64,000 nt of DNA from NCBI GenBank assembly GCA_963666565.1, contig OY762911.1, positions 4,128,001 to 4,192,000 on the forward strand, given 5' to 3'. The position numbers and the translations under genes were made by a program. Below the pieces are notes generated by a model. It did no database searches, was not told the DNA's origin, and was given only the letters and a program-made list of their open reading frames with translations. Below are positions 49,452 through 60,012 of this stretch, piece after piece. How positions within the stretch are numbered: position 1 is the stretch's first letter; each line of letters starts with the position of its first letter. The stretch comes from Thermoanaerobaculia bacterium (GTDB lineage Bacteria; Acidobacteriota; Thermoanaerobaculia; Multivoradales; Multivoraceae).

Positions 49452-51389
49452 ATGGCGGATCTGCACTTCCCACGCACCTGGAAGTCCGAAGGGCTCTCGG
49501 TCCAGTCGATGGCCCAGCACGACGGTTCCGCCGACCCCGTTGTCCGCGAGCTGCTTCAGAACTGCCTGGACGCCGCGCGCAAGGCGGGCCGGGCGACCCG
49601 CGAAAGCCCCCTGCGGGTGGCCTTCTCGATCAACGAGTGGCAGGTCGACGACTTACCGGGCATTGCAGCGTATCGGCGCGCATTCGAGGCGGCACGGAGA
49701 GAGGAACCCGCCGACCGGGCGACTCCGGCCGCAGCGGAGGCGATCAGACGCATCCAGAAGGCTCTGGACCAGGAATGGACGAGAGTGCTGTTCTGCGCCG
49801 ACAACGGCCACGGTCTGAATCGGGACCGGATGCGCGCGATCCTGTCGGAGGCACGCGGCGACAAGGGCGGTGACCGGCAGCTCGCAGGCTCCTATGGCCT
49901 CGGTCATCTGACCGCCTTCTCCGCCTCTGATCTTCGCTACGTCCTCTACGGCGGCCTGTCGAGCGAGGGCCTCTGCGTAAGCGGTCACGCGATCCTGGCC
50001 TCTCACTTCGATACGGCCGCCGGCCTCCACCGCGCCGGCGAGGGCTTTTGGACTGACGATCCCGAACCCGATCTGCATTCGTGCGACTTCCCGAACGAGG
50101 TCCCGCCGCTGCTGGAAGTCGAGATGGAAGAGATCGCGAGCGAGGACGCAGGTGGTGCCGGCACCGTTGTCTGCATTACCGGCTTCAACCACTTCCGGGA
50201 GCACGACGAACAAGCCGCAGTGAACGAGATCCTCCGCGTGGCGGCCACTAACTTCGTCGCAGCCATCGCCCGGGGGGAAATGGAGTTGGAGGTTCTGGCG
50301 GAGTCGAACGATCTCGAAGAGCGCCTCGACCGGAGGACATTGCAGGACCGCCTCAAAGCCCACTCGGGCCAGCAGCGCAGCCGCCGCGGTTCGGGGGGCG
50401 GCTGGCTTCCCGGCGCGCAGGCGTTCGCGGCTTGGCGGACGCTCCAACAGGGACGGAGGCTGGACGAAACAGAAGCAGGGGTGGAAGTGCTTCTGCGGCC
50501 AGTGACGGACCAGCCCAGTGCCCGCGGCCGAGTCAACGTGTTTCGAAACGGCATGTGGATCACGAACAGCGCGCCGGAGCTTCAGCCTGGCAGCTTTGTC
50601 GGCGCAAGACCCTTCGACGCGGTAGTCCTGCTCGAAGAAGGCGATCTGTTCGACCTCGTTCGCGCTTCGGAAGGGCCCGAACACCGAGGGATCGACCTGA
50701 AGCGGCTGAGCAAGGCTAGGCGCCGTGCTCTCGTTGCTGACTTGAACCAACTCGCGCAACGCCTGCGAATGGCAGCCGGGGAAGCAGCGGCCGCCGACCG
50801 GTTCCGGCCTCCGGGTTTCGCCGTGTTCGAGGGCAGCGACCTGAGAAGGGCTGAGCGGTTGCGCCCCCTGAGGCATCGGACGAGCGATGGACAGGAAAAA
50901 CCCAGCGCGCCTAGCCCCGGACCTGGGAAAGGCCCCCAACCGGTTCCCGGCGAACCGAACCCCAGAAACCTAAAGCCGGGCCGCGCCTTGTCCATGCGAG
51001 CAGCTTGCCGCCCGCTGCTGAACGGAGACGGGCTGGTGGACCGGGTCGCCGTCGACCTTGAGGTTCGCGACAGTCGTCTAACCCAGGCGTCTGAGCTTGG
51101 CTTCCGATTGCGACAGGACTCGGGCTCCGATGCGTCCTGCGAACAACCGTTCCCGCCGGTCTGGCTGGACCTGAGATCGATCGAGATCGTGGACGCCGCA
51201 ACGGCTGCCGGAGGCTCGAGGGCGCCCATCGGCCCGTCGAACGGAAGCGTCAAGGAACTTTCCCTGCCGGTCGGTGTCTCCCGGGTCATCGTCAGTCTCG
51301 GCGAACCGCTCGCCGACACCCGTGGCCTTCAGGTGGACCTTGTCCACAGGAAGGCGGAACGAGTGACCGCTCCCCAGGGGAAGCCATGA
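49452..51389 (+). CDS. GHKL (HATPase/MORC-like) ATPase
   Basis: RELLQNCLDA, DNGHG, GSYGLG, GTVV Bergerat-fold motifs. Confidence 0.8.
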   Translation: MADLHFPRTWKSEGLSVQSMAQHDGSADPVVRELLQNCLDAARKAGRATRESPLRVAFSINEWQVDDLPGIAAYRRAFEAARREEPADRATPAAAEAIRRIQKALDQEWTRVLFCADNGHGLNRDRMRAILSEARGDKGGDRQLAGSYGLGHLTAFSASDLRYVLYGGLSSEGLCVSGHAILASHFDTAAGLHRAGEGFWTDDPEPDLHSCDFPNEVPPLLEVEMEEIASEDAGGAGTVVCITGFNHFREHDEQAAVNEILRVAATNFVAAIARGEMELEVLAESNDLEERLDRRTLQDRLKAHSGQQRSRRGSGGGWLPGAQAFAAWRTLQQGRRLDETEAGVEVLLRPVTDQPSARGRVNVFRNGMWITNSAPELQPGSFVGARPFDAVVLLEEGDLFDLVRASEGPEHRGIDLKRLSKARRRALVADLNQLAQRLRMAAGEAAAADRFRPPGFAVFEGSDLRRAERLRPLRHRTSDGQEKPSAPSPGPGKGPQPVPGEPNPRNLKPGRALSMRAACRPLLNGDGLVDRVAVDLEVRDSRLTQASELGFRLRQDSGSDASCEQPFPPVWLDLRSIEIVDAATAAGGSRAPIGPSNGSVKELSLPVGVSRVIVSLGEPLADTRGLQVDLVHRKAERVTAPQGKP

Positions 51390-52156
51390 TCCCCGTGCTG
51401 CGCCAGGACGGTTCGAGTCTGGACTGGAAGTCCGCCACGTACCATGTGGACGTAGAGGCGAACGGCACTGGTGCGGTCGTCACTCACGAACTGAGAGACG
51501 CACCGGAGTTGGTCAGGCTGATCGAAGACGGTGCCGCCGCCTATGCCGTGGAAGCGCGCTGCCCTAGGACGCTCTTCGCCCGAACGTGGCTGAGCCGCAA
51601 GCAGCGGCTGGAAGTGGACTGGCGCGAGACCGACGTGGACGGCCAAGTCTTCCTGTTCCCCGGCGTAGTGGCCCTGAAGGAGACGTCCTTGGCGACCGCC
51701 GGCCTTATCGAACTATGGGAAGAAGATCAGGTCCGCGTGCCATTGGGCGCATGGCTCGCACGCGGCGCCGAGTTCGCCGCCAAGAATCTCGCCGCGTCGC
51801 TGATCGAGTTTCGCAAGGACGAGTCGCTTCAGTCGGGACGAATGAGGGTGGTCGAGGACACTAGCGGCGACGATGCCCGTTTCCTGGTCAAGCTCGCCCC
51901 AGAGTTGTACCAACGCGCAACGCAAGGGGACCGGGATGTCCAGGTGGCCGGGCTAATCGCCGCGTTCGCCAAGCTGCCGGACTCTCCACGCTTCGCTGAG
52001 GACTCGGCTAGTCCGGTCGCACGGATGCTCCGGGATCGGCTCGAGAGCGCGGAAGTTCCGACTTGGGACGACGGTTACGACTGGGATCCGGCTTGGGCCG
52101 CGACCACGATCGAGAAGTTCTACCCGGCGACCGCCGAAGACGAGACAGCGCCTTGA
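51386..52156 (+). CDS. Hypothetical protein
   Basis: ATGA overlap with the GHKL gene; long open frame with protein-like composition. Confidence 0.75.
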   Translation: MIPVLRQDGSSLDWKSATYHVDVEANGTGAVVTHELRDAPELVRLIEDGAAAYAVEARCPRTLFARTWLSRKQRLEVDWRETDVDGQVFLFPGVVALKETSLATAGLIELWEEDQVRVPLGAWLARGAEFAAKNLAASLIEFRKDESLQSGRMRVVEDTSGDDARFLVKLAPELYQRATQGDRDVQVAGLIAAFAKLPDSPRFAEDSASPVARMLRDRLESAEVPTWDDGYDWDPAWAATTIEKFYPATAEDETAP

Positions 52157-53142
52157 CACTGGAAACGAACGGTTTCCCTGCCGGCGAGGCAAAGTCGGCA
52201 TCCAGTCTCGCCGACGAGAGTCTTCGGGACCGCTACGGCCAGTGGGTGGCGGAGCTGATCTGGGTTGCGCGGGCCGAACGGCACCGGAACGATGCCGAAC
52301 GGGAACGCCGGCATCGCCATGTAACCCAGCGCCAACGCGAACTGCGCCGAGCGATCGGGGACGGGCCGAACACGGCCGCTGCGTGGCTTCGAACACAACT
52401 AGGGCTGGAGGAATCGGGAGCGCTCCTGATCGAAGCGCCGCAGCTGCCCCGGCCACTGACGGCCGACGAGTTCATCGAGCCGCCGTTCGAACTGGAGCTA
52501 GAGATCGGTCAAGCGCTTTCGGCCGAGATCACTACGCGAGACGCCGCCCGTCCCTGGTTCTGGCTGCTCTGCCACATCGCGTGGCTCGAACGGGGCGACA
52601 TCGCAGACAACGTTCGAAGGGCCTTCTGCTGGAGCAGCGCCGCCGCCGGCAAGTCGGACGAAACCGACCAGTTGGAGGCGGAAACCCGCAACTTCCTGCG
52701 CCGTACCGGCGGAATCGAGATGGTCCGAGGCAAGGTATCCGTACTCAGCGACTGTCCGCTCGCCCGGGCTTGGTGGCGTTACCGTCTTGCCCACAACGCG
52801 GCTCACACTGCAGGTGACGGAAAGGTCCTGAACGCCGCGGATGCCCACCGGTGCCTCCATCACAGCGGCCCGATCTGGGAGGAACTCGTTCGCCTGGGAG
52901 TGAAACGCCTGACCGTCGTCAACCACGACCGGGCCCGCGCCGCCGTTGTCGCGGCACTCGCCCAGGTCGTCTCAAGGGCAGCGCCCGATGGCAAGATCGA
53001 GTGGGGGACCCAGCACATTGCGCGAGCGGCCAAGGAACTCGGGCGGGAAGCGCTTGTCCGGTCGTTAGGACAAATCGAGTGGTCCGAGCTGTGCGGCATC
53101 GTGGAGAACGCGACCCCGGGGCCCGAGGGAGCCGCGTCTTGA
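52153..53142 (+). CDS. Hypothetical protein (possibly DUF6339-like)
   Basis: TTG overlaps upstream TGA. FWLLCHIAW...PLARAWW resembles the LxRxWW motif recalled for DUF6339. Confidence 0.6.
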   Translation: MTLETNGFPAGEAKSASSLADESLRDRYGQWVAELIWVARAERHRNDAERERRHRHVTQRQRELRRAIGDGPNTAAAWLRTQLGLEESGALLIEAPQLPRPLTADEFIEPPFELELEIGQALSAEITTRDAARPWFWLLCHIAWLERGDIADNVRRAFCWSSAAAGKSDETDQLEAETRNFLRRTGGIEMVRGKVSVLSDCPLARAWWRYRLAHNAAHTAGDGKVLNAADAHRCLHHSGPIWEELVRLGVKRLTVVNHDRARAAVVAALAQVVSRAAPDGKIEWGTQHIARAAKELGREALVRSLGQIEWSELCGIVENATPGPEGAAS

Positions 53143-55241
53143 CCACCGCCCTCACTCTCCCGTCCTCACCGCCAACCCCCGGCAACCCTTGGGGCGTCGC
53201 CCGCACACCGCTCGTGCCCGGTGCCTATCGGCGCCGATACGGTGACAGCACGGCAGCTCGCGACCTGCGGAACGCGGTCGCCAATCCGAACCTGACGCTC
53301 CACGACTTGGGCGCGCGCTTCTGGGACAAAGCGCCTTGGTCGACCGTGCCTCGGAGGGCTTTCAAGAGCCTCCGCCTCCAGCTCGCGCGATTCCGGGTAC
53401 CCTCGGACGTCGAAGTGCTGGTCGCGGGTACGCGCACCGAGCACCTGTTGGCTCTGCCTCTCGGTACCCGCGCCCACAACTTCATCAGGATCGCCGGGCA
53501 GGAGGAAGCGGTCGAAGGTCGACTGCGGCGGACCCTAACGGCTGGCGACGTGCTGGCGTATCGGAATGCGGGCGTCATGGTACTGCTCGAACTGCTCGCG
53601 GTCGTCGAAGGTCATCGATTAGCGCAACGGCCGGCCTCGGAAGCGGGCGTTGACCGGCCAGCCGCTGAACAGAGCGAGCCATCGGACGACAGCGCAATCC
53701 TCTTGCCAAAGAGATTGATAGACCTGCTGGCGGTCGCTCGCGAGTTCCGCAGCGCCACAACTCTGAAGGAAGCGCTCGAACTCGATGGCAGCTCTCTTGC
53801 CGAGCGAACCGGCCTCGCGGCTGAACTGGACGCAGTGAGCCTCGACGACCTAGGGATCGGCGAGGGCATGACTCACGCAGCCGGTCTGCTCGCGGAGACC
53901 GAGGCCTTGGATTCGGAACTGACCCAGCATGAGGAGACGATCCTCCAACGTCGGCTCTTCCGCCGGCGGCCGGCCACACTTGCGGCGCTCGGCAAGCTAC
54001 AGGGGATCACAAGAGAGCGTGTCCGCCAGATCGAGTCCAAGCTGAAGAGGCGACTCGAGAGCCGCCTCGGGCGACGCGTCGGAATCGTAGCCGGTGCAGT
54101 AGCAGAACGGATCGCACCGATCTCCCGGCCCGAGGAGATCGACCGACAGATCGGAGCAGTCTTCGAAGGCCGAGATCATCCTTCGGTCCCACTCGCTTGC
54201 CGGATGCTCCGCAGCCGGCTGGGCTACCGCGCCAAAGGCGAACTGGAACTGAACGAGGACGCCTCCAAGGCAGTGACCGAGCTTCGCAGCTTCGCTCGCG
54301 AGCAGCAGGACGACGCCGGTCTGCTTGACGAGGACACGCTTCAGTCCCGGCTGGCTGACCTGTCCTGGGCGGAACACTGGGAACTGCTTGTCGAGACTTG
54401 CGGCTTTCACCGGATCGACGGCCTCCTGGGACTCCGCAACACGAAGAAGGCGCGGGTCAAGGCCGCCGTCCTGAACATCGGCCGGATCGCTTCCAGGGAA
54501 GAGATCGCGGCCAGATGCGGCCTCTCCCGGCAACGCACCGTCAGTTACCTCTCGGCACTGCCGTCTGTCGCTCGGGCAGATCGAACGCGTTGGGGCCTCA
54601 CCGAGTGGATCGACGATGTGTACGAAGGCGTCGCGAACGAGATCCTGCAGCGGATCGACGAGGACGGCGGCGCTACCCGTGTCGAACGCGTGCTCGACGA
54701 ACTGCCGCGACTGTTCGGCGCGACCGAGGCGACGGTCCGAGCGTACCTAGCAGCACCGCAGTTCGAGGTTCGGAGCGGCTGGGTTCGCCGGGCCGACCCA
54801 TCGGCAGTGCGACTCCGCCCGCTCGACGACGCGATCGACGGGCGGGACGAGCTCGGAAGGCCGTGCTGGAGCTTTCAAGTGAAGGCGGACTACTTCAAGG
54901 GTTACAGCTTGGCGGGCCTGCCGCCGGAGATCGCCCGTGAGCTGGGTTGCCCTCCGAACGGACGCACTGAAGTACGCCTTGTCGAGCCGTCGGACTGCCG
55001 CCCATTGAGCCTGACCTGGCGGCTCACTTCGTTGACGGGTCCCAATCTCGGCTACTTGTCCACGCCGCTGGAGCGCCTGGGAGCCAAGGCTGGCGACCGC
55101 GTGCAGCTCATCCTGCGCGGCAACGGCTCGGTCGAACTCCGCCGGAACGGTCGACGGGTGTCGCCTAGCGATCCAGGCGCCCCGCCCAAGCCTGCCGAGG
55201 AAATTCTCGAACGCCTCAAGCAAAGGCGCCAAGTGCTGTAG
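53139..55241 (+). CDS. RNAP alpha-CTD-like + sigma70 region 4 HTH + winged-helix protein
   Basis: LPLGTRAHN...LAYRNAGVMVLLEL (alpha-CTD-like), LTQHEETILQRR...TLAALGKLQGITRERVRQIE (sigma4), RWGLTEW. Confidence 0.75.
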   Translation: MTTALTLPSSPPTPGNPWGVARTPLVPGAYRRRYGDSTAARDLRNAVANPNLTLHDLGARFWDKAPWSTVPRRAFKSLRLQLARFRVPSDVEVLVAGTRTEHLLALPLGTRAHNFIRIAGQEEAVEGRLRRTLTAGDVLAYRNAGVMVLLELLAVVEGHRLAQRPASEAGVDRPAAEQSEPSDDSAILLPKRLIDLLAVAREFRSATTLKEALELDGSSLAERTGLAAELDAVSLDDLGIGEGMTHAAGLLAETEALDSELTQHEETILQRRLFRRRPATLAALGKLQGITRERVRQIESKLKRRLESRLGRRVGIVAGAVAERIAPISRPEEIDRQIGAVFEGRDHPSVPLACRMLRSRLGYRAKGELELNEDASKAVTELRSFAREQQDDAGLLDEDTLQSRLADLSWAEHWELLVETCGFHRIDGLLGLRNTKKARVKAAVLNIGRIASREEIAARCGLSRQRTVSYLSALPSVARADRTRWGLTEWIDDVYEGVANEILQRIDEDGGATRVERVLDELPRLFGATEATVRAYLAAPQFEVRSGWVRRADPSAVRLRPLDDAIDGRDELGRPCWSFQVKADYFKGYSLAGLPPEIARELGCPPNGRTEVRLVEPSDCRPLSLTWRLTSLTGPNLGYLSTPLERLGAKAGDRVQLILRGNGSVELRRNGRRVSPSDPGAPPKPAEEILERLKQRRQVL

Positions 55242-55259
55242 GCCGACCGGAGACGAACT

Positions 55260-57521
55260 GTGCTTGCTGACGAAGCGACGCTCGAACCGCGGCTTTATCG
55301 CCTGCCCGACGATCCTGTGGCGGATCGCGTGTTGATCCCCGGATTCCGTTCGGCGACATCGGTTCGGGGCGCGTTCGGTTGGTTCGGCGCCGGCTGGATT
55401 CGCCAACTTGCGCCGGGGCTTGCCCACTACCTGAACCGAGAAAGCCCGCAGCCGATCGAATTCACCGTGGCCCCCCTTCACTACGAACCGGAACTGGCAG
55501 CGATGAGAGCAGCCCAGACAATGTCGGCGAAACAGGCGACGGAGCGAGTGGCGCACCTATTCGTCAACGGTCGCGTCGACCGGTCCGCACTGGGCCGCCA
55601 CGCTCTGGACTGCTTGGCTTGGATGCTCACCTGTGACCTCCTCCGCCTGCAGGTCGCGGTGCCGGAATCCGATTCGAACTTCCACCCCAAGATGTGGCTC
55701 TTCTCCGACGGGGACGGTCGAGTGCTGGCCCGCGGCTCAGGCAACGCCACGGGTATGGGTGTTGCGTCAGGTATCGAGCAGATGGACGTTGACGTCTCCT
55801 GGATCAAGGAGAGCCGCCAGCGCGTGTTGCAGGGCGAGCGCATCCTTTGCGACTGGTCCAGCGCGCGTGGGGCCGGTATCGTGGAAGTGGTCCCTCTTCC
55901 AGAGGCGCTAAAGCGGAAGATCATCCGTGTGGCGCCGTCATCGGCACCAAGCCCCGACGACTACCTAGTGGCGGCCGCCGAAGACGGAAGCCCGCGGTGG
56001 GCGGTGGACGCCTGGCAACAACTGGACGCCCGCCTCCGCAGCGTTCGTGGCCGCGGATCGGCGCCCCGACTCGAGATTCCGGCGTGGCTCGAATGGGAGA
56101 CTGGCCACTACGGCCACCAGAAGGAAGCCGTGGATGCCTGGGAGGCAGAGCCGGAACCCGAACGCGGCACGCTCGCCATGGCGACGGGAGCGGGCAAGAC
56201 GTTGACGGCCCTGATCTGCGCTGCCCGGGCGCAGGACCGGCTGCCCGGCGGCTCGGCCTTCGCCGTGGTCGTCGCGGCGCCCTCCCGGCCCCTCCTGCTG
56301 CAGTGGAAGGAAGAGGTGTCGAAGTTCGGCGTCGCCGCAGAAACGCCAACCTTCTCTTCCGACACGGCCGCCTCCCTGACTAACTTCCTGCGCGGGCTGG
56401 ACGGTGATGGCACCCGGGTTGCGGTTGTGACCAACAACCTGCTCTGCACGTCGTCGTTCCAACGAACACTCGAATCGGGACTGCGCGGACGACCGTCGCT
56501 GCTGATCGCCGACGAAGCGCATCGGCTTGGCGCGGAAGGGTTCATCCGCCAGACGCCAAACTTCTTTGAACGGCGCTTGGCCCTTTCCGCCACACCGGTA
56601 CGCCAGTACGACCCGGATGGGACCGAACGGATCTTCGAGTTCTTCGGCCCACCCGTCTACGAGTTTGGTCTGGACCGGGCTATAGGCTTCTGTCTGGTCC
56701 CGTACGACTACCATGTTCACGCCGCAACACTGGACGAAGAGGAGACGGACGAGTTCACGCAACTGACCCGCAAGATCGGCGCGGCAATGGCCGGTGCCGA
56801 GGATCGAAAACCGAGCGACCGCGAACGAGAAGCCCTGAACGGGTTGCTGCTGAAGCGCCGGCGAATCATCGAGGCGGCGGAGGCGAAGATCCCGCTGCTC
56901 CAGGCCGTGCTGGAGCGCCGCGGACCGCGAAGGATCGAGCAGGCGCTGGTCTACGCATCCGCCAAGAAGCGGGACCAGTTCGAACGCATCGGCCAGGTAC
57001 TAACGCAACTCGGGATTCGCTGGGCACCGGTTACGCAAGAGGAGACAGCCCAACGGTCGAAGCTCGAAGGAACGTTGGAGGCGTTCCGCACGGGCGGCCT
57101 CCAAGTGCTCCTGGCGAAGAAGGTTCTCGACGAAGGCGTCGACATTCCGTCGATCCGCGAGGCGTACATCGTCGCCTCATCCACGGTCGAACGCGAGTGG
57201 GTGCAGCGCCGCGGTCGAGTGCTTCGCCGCCATCCCGGAAAGGAGTGTGCGGTCGTGCACGACTTCCTCGCCCTGCCGGTGGCGAGCACCGTCCGAGGGG
57301 GCGACCAACCGCTCAAACGGCTGGTACGGAGGGAACTGGAGCGAGCGCTCGCCTTCGCCGGATACGCTCGAAACGCCGCCGGCTCCGCAGGTGCGCTCGC
57401 CTGGATTGAGCGAATCCGCGAGACGTTCTGGCCAAGTCGGCGCCAGCGCTACGACCAACTCGCCGAAACGCCAAGCTACCAGAGAATCGCGCCAACGCTC
57501 GAGGGGAGAGACGCGAGATGA
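55260..57521 (+). CDS. PLD-nuclease::SF2 (DEAH) helicase, restriction-like
   Basis: FHPKMWLFSD...GSGN (HKD), MATGAGKT, DEAH, LSAT, DEGVDIP, QRRGRVLR. Confidence 0.88.
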   Translation: MLADEATLEPRLYRLPDDPVADRVLIPGFRSATSVRGAFGWFGAGWIRQLAPGLAHYLNRESPQPIEFTVAPLHYEPELAAMRAAQTMSAKQATERVAHLFVNGRVDRSALGRHALDCLAWMLTCDLLRLQVAVPESDSNFHPKMWLFSDGDGRVLARGSGNATGMGVASGIEQMDVDVSWIKESRQRVLQGERILCDWSSARGAGIVEVVPLPEALKRKIIRVAPSSAPSPDDYLVAAAEDGSPRWAVDAWQQLDARLRSVRGRGSAPRLEIPAWLEWETGHYGHQKEAVDAWEAEPEPERGTLAMATGAGKTLTALICAARAQDRLPGGSAFAVVVAAPSRPLLLQWKEEVSKFGVAAETPTFSSDTAASLTNFLRGLDGDGTRVAVVTNNLLCTSSFQRTLESGLRGRPSLLIADEAHRLGAEGFIRQTPNFFERRLALSATPVRQYDPDGTERIFEFFGPPVYEFGLDRAIGFCLVPYDYHVHAATLDEEETDEFTQLTRKIGAAMAGAEDRKPSDREREALNGLLLKRRRIIEAAEAKIPLLQAVLERRGPRRIEQALVYASAKKRDQFERIGQVLTQLGIRWAPVTQEETAQRSKLEGTLEAFRTGGLQVLLAKKVLDEGVDIPSIREAYIVASSTVEREWVQRRGRVLRRHPGKECAVVHDFLALPVASTVRGGDQPLKRLVRRELERALAFAGYARNAAGSAGALAWIERIRETFWPSRRQRYDQLAETPSYQRIAPTLEGRDAR

Positions 57522-57751
57522 ACAATATCGACCGAGTGGCCGCGGAGATCCGCCAGCGCGCCGCACAGGAGTCGGTTGACGGACTGAGTGCGGACGAACT
57601 GGTCACCTTCCTGCTGGAAGTCGTGAACGTCGAGGATCTCCACCTTCGGCGTCCCCGGAACGTGCAGAAGGAGGTCGACACCATGGTGCGCGCATTGGCC
57701 CGGCGATTGGCCCCAAAGAACCCAACTCCGACCGGAGACAGCGGATGCTGA
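57518..57751 (+). CDS. Small helical hypothetical protein
   Basis: ATGA overlap with the helicase and overlap with the SMC gene start. Confidence 0.7.
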   Translation: MNNIDRVAAEIRQRAAQESVDGLSADELVTFLLEVVNVEDLHLRRPRNVQKEVDTMVRALARRLAPKNPTPTGDSGC

Positions 57752-59994
57752 AGTTCAAGCGCATCGAGATCCGCAACTTTGCCGTCTTCGAGCACCTGGA
57801 GGTCGAGCCGTCGACGGATCCTGAGGGCCCGCTTACGGTTGTCCGTGCCGAGAATGGCTCCGGCAAGACGACCTTCCTGCGAGCCCTCCTCTGGGGTATG
57901 TATGGGGAGAAGGGACTGCCCGGAGCGAATCCCGGGCGCTACTCCGTCCATCCGGCATGGTGGCGCCCTGACGAGCAAGGAGTCCAGACGACGGTAACGA
58001 TCGAGTTCGAGACCGATGGCTCCGACCGACACGATCCCGCCGCCGGTACCAAGATGGACGCCTACCTGCTAAGTCGATCAGTGACGACAGTGAGGCGCGA
58101 TGCTGCCCGCGACGACGAGCCTGACTTCGAGCGCCGGGAAGAAATGCCCTCGCTCATGAAGCGAGTAGATTCGGGCGCTTGGGAACCGGCCAACGTAGGT
58201 GTGGACGCGGCCGTCCAACAGTTACTTCCCTGGGACCTCCGCGACTTCTTTGTCATGGACGCCGATCAGGCGGCGGACTTCGTGGGCGGTACCGAGAACC
58301 GTCAGATCAGCGTCCACGAGGTCGAGAAGAAGACAACGGACGCCGTTCGAAGTCTGCTCGGCATCGACGTCTTTGAGGCGGCGGCGAACCGCCTGCGGAA
58401 GGCATCAAGGAACTTCGGGAGCGAGGCGACGAAGACCGTCAAGGATCACGAACTCCACCAACTCCAGGCGGAGCAGAATCGCCTGGAAGATCGAGTGGAA
58501 CAGATCAAGGGCGATCTGGACAAAGCACGGGAGGACGCTCGCGACCTGAAGGGCAGGCTGGATGACCGCAGCCAGCGACTCAAGGAGGAACTCCTCCACC
58601 AAGGAGCGTACGAACCCCTGGTCAAACTCAGGGACGAAGCACGGAAGAAGCAGGAGACATCCCGCAACGCCCGTCGTGAAGCGGCCGCCGGTTTGGCGGC
58701 CGGGTTGGCGGACGCCTCACTCTTCGCACCGTTGGCGTCGCCGGCTCTCCTCCGCGTTGAGGGAGCCCTCAAGCCTCTCCATGACGCCGGCAGGATTCCG
58801 CTGAAGCACGTCAGCTTCGTTCGACAACTGCTTGAGCGCGGCGAATGCGTCTGCGGGCGACGCTTGGACACCGACACGGAAACGCGTAGCCGGGTCGAAG
58901 GGGAACTCGCACGTTCCGCCGAACGTGAAGAAGAGGCGGAGTACCTAGGGCGGCTCTATGAAGCGGCCGCTCACCATCGGGCGGCAAAGACGGGAGCCGG
59001 CTGGAGCGCACGCAAGAAGCGGCTCTCTGCCGAGATCGCGCGGGCCAACTCTTCGGCCAACGAAGCCAGCCTGGAGCTTCGGGACACGGAGCGGAAGCTC
59101 GACGGGATCGATCAGGAGAAGGTCCGGGTACTTCGCGCCGAAGAAGCGGCGCTCACGACCCAGTTGGAAAAGAAGCAGCAAACGGTCGGCAGTCTCAACC
59201 TTCAGCTTGAGACGATGTCGAAGTCGCTCTCCGGCGTAAGCAAGCGCCTCGTGGCCGCCCAGCGCAGGCATTCCGCAGCCGCCGACAGCACCGCCGCACG
59301 GGACCTGGCGAGCCTGGGAGCCAGAATTCTTGACGACTCGGTCGCGGAGCTAAGGAAGCGACAGGTGAAGGACCTCTCCGATCGAATGAAGCGCTTGTTC
59401 GACCAGATGGCCGCGAACGTCACGGACGCCGATTTCGACGGCGCCGAGGAAGGACGCGAATCAGTCCGCATGATCGCACGGGTCGGCATCCGCCCAGTCG
59501 AGGACAGCCTAGATCGCTTCGAGATCTTCGCCCTGAACCACCGCGACCGGGTCATGCCGCCGACCGAGATCAACGGCGCCTCTCGCAGGGTGCTCGCCGT
59601 GTCCTTCGTTCTCGCTCTCTGCCAGGAGTCCCGTACACATGCGCCGCTCATCGCCGACTCCCTGTTGAACTCCATGTCCGGAGCGGTACGACGCAACACC
59701 CTGAACGCTACGGTGGAGAACTCCGAGCAGCCGATCCTGCTGCTGACTGGGTCGGACCTGGAGGGAGAAACAGAGGTCGCAACGGTCCGCCGCTTCGGGG
59801 GTGCCGTCTACACGCTTACCGGGCAGTGGGACGCAGTCGCAGCCGGGCGGGGAGGCGATGTCGTCCGACAGACTTCAAGCAATGCCAATGTCGCCGTGCT
59901 GTGCAAGTGCGGGCCGCGCCAGTTCTGTGATGTCTGCGAGCGTCAGGGGCAGCGCGAAGCCGCAGGCTGGTCCGAACGCGCAGCGACCGACTAG
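57745..59994 (+). CDS. DndD/Rad50-like SMC-family ATPase
   Basis: AENGSGKTT...WGMYG, DFFVMDAD, coiled coils with central ECVCG hook, PLIADS Walker B, C-terminal CKC..CDVC. Confidence 0.85.
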   Translation: MLKFKRIEIRNFAVFEHLEVEPSTDPEGPLTVVRAENGSGKTTFLRALLWGMYGEKGLPGANPGRYSVHPAWWRPDEQGVQTTVTIEFETDGSDRHDPAAGTKMDAYLLSRSVTTVRRDAARDDEPDFERREEMPSLMKRVDSGAWEPANVGVDAAVQQLLPWDLRDFFVMDADQAADFVGGTENRQISVHEVEKKTTDAVRSLLGIDVFEAAANRLRKASRNFGSEATKTVKDHELHQLQAEQNRLEDRVEQIKGDLDKAREDARDLKGRLDDRSQRLKEELLHQGAYEPLVKLRDEARKKQETSRNARREAAAGLAAGLADASLFAPLASPALLRVEGALKPLHDAGRIPLKHVSFVRQLLERGECVCGRRLDTDTETRSRVEGELARSAEREEEAEYLGRLYEAAAHHRAAKTGAGWSARKKRLSAEIARANSSANEASLELRDTERKLDGIDQEKVRVLRAEEAALTTQLEKKQQTVGSLNLQLETMSKSLSGVSKRLVAAQRRHSAAADSTAARDLASLGARILDDSVAELRKRQVKDLSDRMKRLFDQMAANVTDADFDGAEEGRESVRMIARVGIRPVEDSLDRFEIFALNHRDRVMPPTEINGASRRVLAVSFVLALCQESRTHAPLIADSLLNSMSGAVRRNTLNATVENSEQPILLLTGSDLEGETEVATVRRFGGAVYTLTGQWDAVAAGRGGDVVRQTSSNANVAVLCKCGPRQFCDVCERQGQREAAGWSERAATD

Positions 59995-60012
59995 GGAACG
60001 GAGGAGCGACCC

